Below, piece by piece: positions 44,296 through 54,275 of a DNA stretch of 64,000 bases. Numbering within the stretch: the first letter of the stretch is position 1; every line of letters starts with the position of its first letter. The DNA is taken from positions 28,648 through 92,647 of the forward strand of contig RQSC01000009.1 of assembly GCA_013416795.1 (NCBI GenBank), in the 5' to 3' direction. Origin of the DNA: Prasinococcaceae sp. CCMP 1430 (lineage: Eukaryota > Plantae > Prasinodermophyta). A program made the translations under genes and the position numbers. The notes beneath the pieces were generated by a model. That model saw only the letters and a list, made by a program, of their open reading frames with translations. It searched no databases and was not told the origin of the DNA.

Positions 44296-45246
44296 GGGCC
44301 GCGGCCGGCCCCCCCCCGTGTCCCCGGGGAGCGCGGGGGAGGGACAAGGCAAAGGGAGAGGCCACGCGGCCAGGCGGCATGTACCGCTGGATGGTCTCCT
44401 CCGCCACCGCATCCATCCTCGCACCGACCGACCACGTCTGCTGCTCGGGCGAGTACTTGGTCATGGGGCACAGGCTGCTCGGATCGGTGGCCGCCATGCC
44501 ACCGACCGTGTACACCACGCCGCGCAGGCGCGCGCTGGCGCCGTACGAGCGGCTCGAGCCCATGTCCGGCAGCTCGGTCCAGCTCGAGGGCATGCGCAGG
44601 TCGAGGCACTCGACCTTGCTAATGGGCTGGGTGCCGTCAAATCCGCCCGCGACAATGATCGCATCCTCGCCCGTGACGCCGGCGCTGCCGGGAAGGAGCG
44701 AAGATGCGCAGGTGTGCCCTCCGCGCTTGAACAGCAGCGGCGGGCCGGGCTGCCACTTGCCGACGCGGGGATCCAAGAACTCGCATGTGTTGAGGTAGCG
44801 CTTGCCGTCGAAGCCGGCCAAGGCCCACACACATCCGCGCGAGGCGACCATGCTGCTAGCGAAGCGTGTCTCACTCATGTTGCTGGCCCACACCCACTCA
44901 GCCGCCCCCGGTTGCAGGACCTCACAGGACGACAGCAGCTGAGTTTTTTTGGAGCCGCCACCGGCGGCCACGATGGTGCCATCGTCGAGAGCGGCTGCAA
45001 CGCCGGAAAATCGAGTGTCAAGCAATGATGGCGCCTCCACCCACACGTTGTTGATCATATCATAGCGCTCGACCGAGTTGTACCACCTCATTTTCTTGCC
45101 GCCGCCGATCGCGTAGACGCCCAGCCCGTTGCGCGCGTTCACAAGTCCAAAATTCGAGCGCTCGAACGCCATCGGGGCGACCTCCTCGGCGAATCCAGTC
45201 GATGGGTCAACAATAGCAACCTTGTTGGTTGTCCCGTGCTTGGTAA
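44249..45246 (-). CDS. Kelch-repeat protein, 5'-truncated at the single N
   Basis: Repeated GG...Y/W Kelch blades (VYAIGGG...VERYDMINNVW; WALAGFDG...CEFLDPRVGKW; IVAGGFDG...VECLD). Its stop codon lies inside duplication copy 1. Confidence 0.85.
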
Positions 45247-45247
45247 N

Positions 45248-46988
45248 TCCCCCCCCCCCTTCCCCCCCCTTCTCGCCCACCTCGCCTGCAATCTGCGTTT
45301 CGACTGAGCGCTGCGCGCGCCCAGTGGCGCCCCCGCCCGCGGAGGCGGGGGGCGGGGACGCCGGTACCGCCGACGCCGGCGCCCCTGGCTAGGGCCCAGC
45401 CAGCGGCGCCGCTGCGGGGCGCGAATCGGATCGGGGAACCGTCCGTCGTACGGACAGGTTCGAAACGTGTGCGCGCGCGAATGGCGGGAAGGGACGTTCC
45501 GGACTTTTTACCTTTACAGTAGTACTACCGTCGGTACGTACAGTGCTGCGTCACGCACGACACCTCCGCCCTGCTCCATGATCAGTGTCGGGAAAACCTC
45601 CAGTCGGCCCTGAGTCGGGCGTGCGGTACCGGAGGGTCGAGCACGACGATAATGGCAGCGAATGGAAGGGGCTCTGTTCCCCATGCGTCACTCGGTGTCG
45701 TCCTTGGCGCACTTTGCGGAGGTGGCAAGGCGGTCGAGCGTCTGCGCAGTGGCCTTGTACGGAGCTACAGCTGGATACTTCTCCTCAAGCGCTTTCAGGC
45801 GCGAGTCGATAGAGATCTGTGTCCGCTCGCGCAGAGATGGGCACAGTCGGGGCGCAGCCAAGTCTGTCAGCTCGGCGCGTACATACTCGCGCGCGACAGA
45901 CTCAGAACCGAGAAAAAGCGCTGGCCTCGGGCCGCTGGCTGGACGTCACGCGCGCGGAGGCCGGCTGCTAGCACTTACGATGCGGTGCATCTCTTCGTGA
46001 ACATTGTCGTGCGGGCACGGAGCACCCTCGGACCCGTTGGTTGCCGCGGGCAGCTCCCCATCAATCTCGTCGCGGATGGCCTGGAGCTGTGCCGCGGCGT
46101 TGCTCACGTCGCAGCGGCGGACGCACCCTTCCTCGGCGCGCGCGAGCAAGCGCTCGATCTCCAAGAGCTTGCGCACCCGCTCGCCCGCGGGCTCGCCCGC
46201 GGCCTCGGCCGGTGCCACCGCCGGCACAGCCGCCATGCGCCTCCCAATTTTTGTGGCGCCCGCCCGCGCACTGTACAGCAGCCCCCCCAAGGCTCCGCTG
46301 CGCACCACCTCCTGGCGCCCCCGTCCACGGCGGCGCTGCGCCGCGCGCGCGCGCGCGCGCTCGGCGGACACGCGCCTTGACGTCTATGCCGCTGACGTGG
46401 CCAAACGCGCGCGCGCGCGCTCGGGGCCACGCGGAGGGCGCGCGGTGTGGCGCGGCAGCCACCTCCCGCGGGCAGCGATGCCTCCCTCGCCGCAGCTCCG
46501 CGGGCCGCCTCTGTCAACCCGTTGGAGGACGCCCTGCCCGCACTGCGCAGCACGCGACGGGAGTCGCTTCCCGACGGCGACACAACGTTGTCATCAATGT
46601 CTAAAAAAATATCAAATGTACCAACGGGAAAGTGCATGCGGCAGCCGCCGAGCGCCTCGCGCGCAGAGTCAGCGCCGCCGCGCTGCAGCTGCGGGCAGCG
46701 TCTCAACCCAAACCTCCCCTCTGTGGATTCGGGAATATCGAATGTATTTGTATTTCAAGTACAGAACCTAAATAGAATAAACCCTATATTTTGCGGGTGT
46801 TGGCGTCCGATGGTCAGGCAGGTCGCCGCAGCGCGCGCGCTGATTTTTAAAAGTCTCCCGTGGTTTAATGTGATATGAGACGGAATATGACATATCGGAC
46901 GGTCCCAGCGCGCGCGCGCCGCCCCCTCGGCCCCTCGGCGGTTACGCGTGCGGGCGCCGCGGCCACACCGCGCGGTCCTCGCGGGTGT
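45248..46988 (+). repeat. Copy 2 of the ~1.7-kb duplication (1741 bp, includes an extra 60 bp at 46365-46424)
   Basis: Starts immediately after the single N at 45247; same sequence as 42615-44295. Confidence 0.95.
45688..46236 (-). CDS. Small hypothetical helical protein, copy 2
   Basis: Same sequence as 43055-43603 at offset 2633. Confidence 0.6.
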
Positions 46989-47773
46989 AGGGGGTGGCGG
47001 CGAAGGCGGGGGCGGCAGCGGCGGAGGATGCCGCGCCGAAGCGCGTGCTCGTCGCCGGGGCGACCGGCGCGACGGGCCGCCTCGTCGTGAAGGAGCTGGC
47101 AGCGCAGGGCTACGACGTAGTGGCGGGCATCCGCTCGGAGGAGAAGGCGCGCGACACGGGCGTCGCCGCATTGGCGAACGAGCTGACCCAGCTCGACGTG
47201 ACCAACGCGCCCGACGCCATCGCCGCGGGGCTGCCAAAGGGCATTGACGCGATCGTGTGCGCGACCGGCTTCGTCCCCGGCAACCCTTTCAAGATGGGCG
47301 CAGCGGCGCACGCGGTTGACAACGTGGGGACCCGCAACCTGATCGCGGCTGCTTCCCTCGCGGGTATCGACCGCTTCGTTCTCGTCAGCTCGATCCTCAC
47401 CAACGGCCGCGCGATTGGCCAAGAGAAGTCGCCAGGCTTTGTCATTACCAATGCCTTCGGCGGCGTGCTCGACGAGAAGCTGGAGGCGGAAAACGCGCTG
47501 CGCGCCAGCGGCCTCAGCTACACCATCGTGAGGCCTGGAGGCCTCAAGGACGAGGTCACCTCGCCGGACGTCATCGTCGCTGAGGAGGACTCGCTGTACA
47601 GCGGTGAGGTGTCGCGCGCCAACGTGGCTGCAGTGTGCGTCGAGGCGCTCGGTGCCACTTCAAGTGTCAACAGCACTGTCGAGGTTGTTGAGTTTGGCAC
47701 GTGCCTCGACAATCAGTGCCCGGGCGCCGAGGGCAAGACGGGCTCGCAAGACCGCGCGCAGTGGTTCGCGTAG
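46887..47773 (+). CDS. NAD(P)-binding Rossmann-fold (atypical SDR, TIC62-like) plastid protein; 5' junction unresolved
   Basis: VLVAGATGATGRLVV, AVDNVGTRNLI, RFVLVSSIL, YTIVRPGGL, VSRANVAAVCVEAL. A transit-peptide-like frame starts at ATG 46887 but is out of frame with the body. Confidence 0.85.
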
Positions 47774-48066
47774 AACGTCGGCATGCGCGCAGACACGCGC
47801 CCAACGCCACGATAGAGTACTCTCCTTGCACGCATTCAATGCGCCCGGCGCGCGCGCGCGCACGTGCAGCGCGCGCTATCGTGTGCATCCGCGTGGGCGC
47901 GCGGATGCCTCGTCACGCGCGCGCAACGCATGTCTTTCACCGCGGCCGCGCACACTTCGGCAGCCTCGCGAGGCGCGGTGATAGAGTGTGCCACACATAC
48001 GTGCGGCCATTACGTGTCGCCGGCGCGGCGTTCGTATGCAAGAGGCGGCATCCCCAGCCGCCGCCG

Positions 48067-48928
48067 TCAGAGGGAGTTTCTCGGCGAGGTCGTTAGTAGG
48101 TCTAGGTTGTCTATTGAGATGGACCGCGTGGGCGTCGTCTGTCGCGTGATCACCGTCGGTGGATTGTACGGCGTGCTCGGGCCATCGCCGCCGTCTCCAC
48201 CGTCGGCGCCGCCCCCGATACCACCTCCACCCCCGCCAACGACGACGCTGGTGGTCCCGCGGCTCGCGCTCCTTCTGCTTTGCGTGGTGTGGGGGTTGGA
48301 AGACGAGAGGCCGGCCTTGGCCGCGCCCTTGCCTGCGGCAGAGCCGCTGACCGCGCCAAGCGCGCCGGTGCTCATCTGACCGAGCTTGGCGACCGGGCGC
48401 GCGGCGACGGGCGCATCGCGCGCGTGCGTGCGCTGCCGCTGGCGACCGGCAGTATTGTCGATCGACTGCCCCACCCTGCCCGTGCCCGTGCCCGCCCCCG
48501 CGCCGGCACCCGCGTCGGCCACGGCCTCTATGCTGCTGTGCCCTTCCGGGGTGCCCTCTTTGTCAGCGCCGCCCGCCGCGCCACCGCCGCGGTCACTGGT
48601 GCCCGCGCCCGCGTTCGTATCGGCCGCGAGCGCGTCCGAGCCGCCGTGAGGCGCGCCATGCTCGGGCGAGCCGTCCCTGCTGCCATGGCTCGCTACGCCA
48701 TCCTCCTGGCCCTTTGAGGCGCGGTTGGCGTAGCGCCACTGCGAGCGCGCCGTCGCGTTCGCGGGCAGGCGCGCGCCGCGCGCTCGCGCGCGTCAGCGTC
48801 TATCCACCCGCCTGCCACAGCGCGCCAAGTGGCGCGCGCGCACTCACCGTCGCCACCCCAGACGCCGCCGCGCTGCCACCGACGACGCCGACCCACAGCA
48901 CGAACCGCAGGAGGCCAACCAAGGGCAT
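48067..48928 (-). CDS. Hypothetical protein with an N-terminal hydrophobic segment and a Gly/Ala/Ser-rich body; exons 48928-48848 and 48738-48067
   Basis: MPLVGLLRFVLWVGVVGGSAAASGVAT, strong GTGAGT donor, GCTGAC branch point, phase-0 join to a 224-codon open frame. No family recognised. Confidence 0.5.
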
Positions 48929-49887
48929 GACTCGGCGCCCGCGCCCCCCTCGAAAGTCGCGCGCGCGGCGGGCGCCGCCGGCGATGATGGGGCGCAAGGC
49001 GGCCAAGGTCGCCAAGACCAAGGGCCGCGAGGACGCCAAGCGGTCCAAGCTGTACGGGAAGTACGGCAAGCTGCTGGTAAACGCCGTGAAGAAGGGCGGC
49101 GGCTCCGACCCGGTGGCCAATGCCATGCTGCGCGACGTGATCAAGCAGGCGCAGGCCGCGAGCGTGCCGCGCGACCTCATCGAGCGCAACCTGAAGAAGG
49201 CGGAGTCCAAGGACCAGGCGGATTTCGTCGACGTCACCTACGAGGCGTACGGCGCGGGCGGCTGCGGCATGGTGATCAGCGCGTCCACGGACAACACCAA
49301 CAGGGCCAACGAGCAGGTGCAAACCGCCGTCAAGAAGGCGGGCGGAAAGATGGCCGAGAGCGGCAGCGTGCTCTTCAACTTCAAGAGGGCGGGCGTGCTG
49401 GTGCTCGCCGATGAGGGCGCGGACGCGGAGGACGACGATCTCGTCATGACCGTCCTCGAGGCAGGCGGGGAGGACGTGCTCCCGGGCGCGCCCGCGGATG
49501 ACGATGGGGAGGGCGGCAGCGCGCCCCGCGTCACGTGCGAGGCGGAGGACTTCGCCAGCGTACGCGACGCGCTCGTGGACGCCGGGGTAGAGCTCGACCT
49601 GTCGGAGAGCGGCCTCGAATACATGCCGCTCGCGGACGTCGAGGTGGGAGACGACGACGCAGCAATCAACGACGCCATCATCGAGCGCCTGCTCGACTGC
49701 GACGGTGCGCACGCGCGCGAGCGAGCGTGCGCGAATGTGCAGCGCCCGCGCGCGGCGTCCCGCGAGCGCGCGCGATCGCTGGCTGGCGCCGCCCGCGCTC
49801 GCTGACCCCGCCGAAACGTCCCCCCGCGCGCGGGCGCTCGCGCCGTCGCGCTCAGATGTGGACGCCGTGGCGTGCAACATGGCCTAG
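48927..49887 (+). CDS. yebC: YebC/PmpR (TACO1) family protein; exons 48927-49704 and 49856-49887
   Basis: MGRKAAKVAKTKG, SKLYGKYGK, GGSDPVANAML, VPRDLIERNLKKA, YEAYGAGG, STDNTNR, GSVLFNFKRAG, spliced C-terminus DVDAVACNMA. Confidence 0.92.
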
Positions 49888-49929
49888 CGCGTGCCGCTCC
49901 GCAGTGTGTGTAATCTGAGCGCGGCGCGC

Positions 49930-51082
49930 TTATTCGTCGGGCGCCGACTCCCCCGCCACGGGCGCCCGCTGCGTCGCGCGCTTGCGCTTCGTGAGCCTGC
50001 GCATCGCCGCCTCCCTCCTGCGCCACTCGCGCGCGGGCATCGCCGGGTATCCGCCGACGTCGCCGCGCTCCGTCACGTCCTGCGAGCGCACCGAGGCACG
50101 ACGGCGCGGGCGGGGCCGCGGCGTCAGCTGCGCGCGCGCATGCGCGCGCGCGAACAGCATCGTCCCCGCGCGCGCGCCCGCTCGAGCCCGCGCGCGCGCA
50201 CCTGGATGACGCCCGACTTCGCGGCCACGCGCACCCCGCTGGCGATGGTGACGTGGTCCTTGGCGGCGCTCTTTCCCCCCATGACGACGTAGTCACCCAG
50301 CGTCGAGGAGCCGCCGAGCGCGACGTGCCCGCAGAGCAGGCAGCCGCGGCCGAGCACAGCGTTGTGGCCGACTGCGGGGCGCAGCGCGTACGACACGTGC
50401 GGGTAACGCGAGTCACCTCGTCAGCGCCGGATGGGGAGCGGCGCGGCCGCGGAGTGGCGCAGGGCGAGCATCGCCAAACGGACGGGCGGGCGGGCAGCAG
50501 GGGAGGGGGGCCGCGTGAGTGCGCACCTTGGCACCCGTTGTCCAACTTGCACTCGTCGCCCAGCACCGTGTCGCGCCAGCTGCCGCGGTCAATGCACGAG
50601 TTCGCGCCGACCTCCACGTCGTCGCCGATGCGCACGCGCAGCTCCTGCGGCTTCTTCACCACACGCCCAGTGCTGGTATCCACGTCGAACCCGAAGCCGT
50701 CGGCGCCCACTGCCGCGCCGTGGTGGAACGTGCAGCGCTCGCCCACGTCACAGTGTGAGAGGTGCACGCCAAAGTGCAACACGCTGCCCGCGCCCACGGA
50801 CACGCCGGGGCCCACCACGCTGTTCGGGCCGACGACGCAGCCTGCCCCAACCTCGGCGCCTTCCATCACCAAGGCGCCGGGGTGGACCTGGGCGTCGTCC
50901 GCGACGTGCGCGAGCGACGACACGAGGCCGCCGCCGGCAGGCCACGCAGCGTACTCGCCGCCGCCGCTGCCGCCAAAGGCGCACGCGTACGCCGCGCAGT
51001 GCGGCGCCGAGTGGCACCCAGCTGCGCGCACGCGCGTTGGCGCGCTCGGACGCGCGCACGCCCCGCGCACGCTGCTATACAA
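49930..51082 (-). CDS. lpxD: UDP-3-O-acylglucosamine N-acyltransferase (lipid A pathway); exons ?-50527, 50371-50202, 50079-49930; start unresolved
   Basis: Hexapeptide repeats, GADGFGF, IGDDVEVGANSCIDRGSWRDT, spliced KLDNGCQVGHN (catalytic His), GYPAMPAREW. Confidence 0.9.
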
Positions 51083-51322
51083 CTAGTCTACTCGGAAATC
51101 CTGGCGTGCTTGCATGCTTTGCGCGAGATGATGCAGCCGATGGGACTGCAGTCACCGCACCGCTGGTGCTTTTACTGGGTGCAACGCCTGAGTGGCTCGG
51201 CGCTGCCAGCGTGGTGCGCCGTGCTCGGGGGTTGCGCGCACGGCGCGCCACGGTGGGGCTCCGAGCCGCCCTCCACTCCTCCTCTTCAACGAAGTTGCCG
51301 CCGCAGCGGGTGCGCCAGTCGC

Positions 51323-53323
51323 CTACTCGGTGTCGTCCGGGCACGAGAGCGCGAGCTTGTCCTTCTGCGCGGCGATGGCGTCGGCCGAGAGCGGCAGGTA
51401 GCCCACGCGCGCCACCTGCTCCTGGCCGAAGTCGGAGAGGGCGACGCAGTTCCACGCCTCGACGATCTTGTTGGAGGCGTCATCCGCCTGGTTGGAGTAA
51501 AAGTAGAGCGGGCGCGTGAAGGCGTACGAGGGGTCGCCTGAGGTGGGGTCGACGCCGCCCACCGAGATGGCCTTGACCGCACCAGTCACGAAGGAGGCGC
51601 CGACGAAGCCGATGGCGCCGTCGTTCTCGGAGACCCCCTTCACGATGGGCTCGTCGTCATTGAAGCCGTCGATGGTGAAGTCGCTGCCGAGGACGTCCGC
51701 CGCGAAGGCGTTGGTGCCGCTGAGCGTGTCGGGGATGAAGTACTGCACCGGCTCGCCGTAGAAGGCCGGCGCCTGCGGGGGCGAGCCCAGCGCGGCGTTC
51801 CAGGTCGGCGCGGAGCCGCCGGTGGCGCCCGCGAAGAGCGCGACGAGCTGCTCGAGGGTCGCGTCCTCGATCGGGTTGTTCTTGTTCACGATCATGGCCA
51901 GCGCGTCGTCGCCGACCCTGTTGCCGACGGGCAGGATGCCCTGGCACGACGCCGTCGCAATGCCGTCCGCGGTGACGTCCGCCGGGTCGCAGCCGAGGCT
52001 CTCGTAGTCCGAGCCCTTGAGCGCGCGCGAGGCGGTGCCGATGTCGAGCGCGCCGGCGAGCAGCGTCTGGATGCCCAGCGAGGAGCCCGCCGAGCGGGCC
52101 ATGGGCGTCAGGAACGTGTTGGTCTGCCTGTCCGACAGCTCCGTCGCGACGGGGAAGACCGTGGACGAGCCAAGCTGCAGGATGGTCTGCGAGTCGCGGC
52201 AGTACTTGAGCTGCTCCAGCGGGCCGTCGTACACGGTCGCCGGCGCCGGCAGCGAGTCGCAGCCAATGGAGGCGCGCGAGGTGGACAGCGCGTCGGCGGA
52301 GAGCGTGCGGTAGCCCACCTCCTCGACGAGCGCCTGGCCCGCGTCAGTCAGGATGCTGCAGATGAAGCGGGCCGTGGCGACGCCGCTGGCGCTGTCGGCC
52401 TGGTTGCCGTCGGTGTACAGGAGCAGCGGGCGCGCGAAGGGGTACGTGCTGAGGTCCGTCACCGTGTTGGGATCCACACCGTCCACGGAGAGCGCCTTGA
52501 CGCCCGGATCGCGACTCGCCCAGCTGATGCCCACGAACCCGATCGCGTTGGGGTTGGACGCGACGCAGCTGGTCAGGGCGGCGTCGTCGGCGAAGCCCGG
52601 CAGCGAGCTCGCGTCGGGCTCGACGGCGTTGTCGACGAAGAAGGAGTACGTCCCCGAGGTGGGGTCGGGCACGCACAGCGTGGTGCCCTCCGTCGGGGAG
52701 CCGAAGATGCTGTTGACCTCGCTGAGGCTGATCGTGGTCCGGGGGTCGTCCGCGGGCACGATGATCGCCAGCAGGTCGTTGCCGATGGAGGTCTCCACGG
52801 GGAGGACGCCCTGGCACTCGCCGTTGACCGTGCCGTCCTCGCCGATGTTGGAGGGGTCGCAGTCCGCCTTCTCGTAGTCGGAGCCCTTGATCTTGCGCGA
52901 AGCCGCGCCGGCATCGCTCGCGCCCACCAGCATGTTGAGGATGCCGAGCCCCGAGCCCGAGGAGCGCGCCACGGGGAGCGCGGCCTCCTGGGTGTACTGG
53001 CGCGCGGCGGTGTCGGTCACGGGAAAGACGGTGGACGAACCGACCTGTGCCCGTAGCGGTCAGGTCGATGCGAGCGCGTTCAGGAGTGGATGCGAGCGAG
53101 CGTGATGGTGACGGTGGTCGGTCAGTCTAGCTCACAGCAAGTCTCCGATGCGAGCATAGTGCGCAGCAATGACCGCCCGCGCACGCACCACGACGATCGG
53201 CGTGAGGTCCTGGCACATGGACACCGACTTGGTGCCGTTGCCATTCTCCTGCGCCGCGGCGCCGCCGGCCATGAGCGCGGCGGCAGCAATCGCCGCGGAG
53301 GCAGAGCGCATCGTGCGCGACAT
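51323..53323 (-). CDS. Secreted tandem PstS-like phosphate-binding protein A; exons 53323-53189 and 53044-51323; ~618 aa
   Basis: Signal-peptide-like AAIAAAALMAGGAAAQ; two copies of GSSTVFPV...RSxGSxLG...ASRxxKGSD...D(A/L)LA...PD.xSGT...AIGFVG...YxFxRPL. Confidence 0.85.
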
Positions 53324-53671
53324 GACGGCTCCTGGGGACGCACTGGCGCGCCGCGCAACGTGTGCCACCCCGGGCCGCCCGCGCCCAACGCGCACGGCGC
53401 GATCGATCGGCGCTCCGCTCGCCAGCCGCCGACGACTCGCACGCATGCGTCCACCAACCCGCGCACACGCCTCCATCGCGTGCTCGCGCTCCCGCGCACA
53501 CCCTTATTCCCTGTCGTCGCCACCGAGGCCGCACGTGGGCATCTCTCCGCCCGATCCGCCAGCCAGCTGAGTGCTACGCTCCATGTCGGCATGCGCGCCC
53601 GGCCCGTCCGGCAGCGGCGCGTGCCCCGCGCGCGGCATCGGCGCCGACGCGCCGCAGGGTCCCACGCGCGG

Positions 53672-53679
53672 GTATATTC
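53672..53679. promoter_or_regulatory. P1BS-type element GTATATTC (GNATATNC)
   Basis: Exact consensus match in the divergent promoter of the two PstS-like genes; AT-rich 8-mers are scarce in this DNA. Confidence 0.4.
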
Positions 53680-54275
53680 TTCCGCGCCGAATGATTGCGC
53701 GCAGACCCGTATCAATTTGAATCCGCCGTCGCCTCTGCGTGCGCGAATGCCGTCGCCCGATCCGCTCGATCCGCTCCTTTGCCGGGAAAAGTGCCACCAA
53801 TTAACCGACGCGACATCGGATGGTGCTATCGATAGCGTCATTAATAATAATACGACGAGCACGCACTGGTTGGCAAACATTGTTCGCGCAGGATTTTTTC
53901 GAAAGCGCGCCTTTTGCAGACGAGCTGGCACACGTGGCACCCGTGCTCCGAGAGATTCCCGCTCAGTGGCACTGGGAGAGCCGAGGGGGACAGCCACGGG
54001 GTCGCTGCTGGCGGCGAGATGCCTGATCATGCCTCGCCGATCGCGTGCGGGCGCGCGCACGAGCGCGCTGTGAGTGCGGCGCGAGTGAGGCGCGTGCCCG
54101 GCGGCGCGCGCCCTCCCGTGACTTCGACGCAAATGTACATAATATCAGGCCTCGCCCTCATTTCCTCGACTGCGGCGGCGCTCACAGGCACGTCCGGTGC
54201 CACAGCGCGCGCAGAGGTGTGCGGCGCCGCACGGCAGCGAGAGCGAGTCCCGAAGAGGATCGCGGCACAGCCACG

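Noticed and set aside
42615-46988. Duplication read as the LTR pair of a retrotransposon
   Set aside because: No TG...CA ends, primer-binding site, gag/pol or target-site duplication; the repeats contain host genes and the interior is Kelch.
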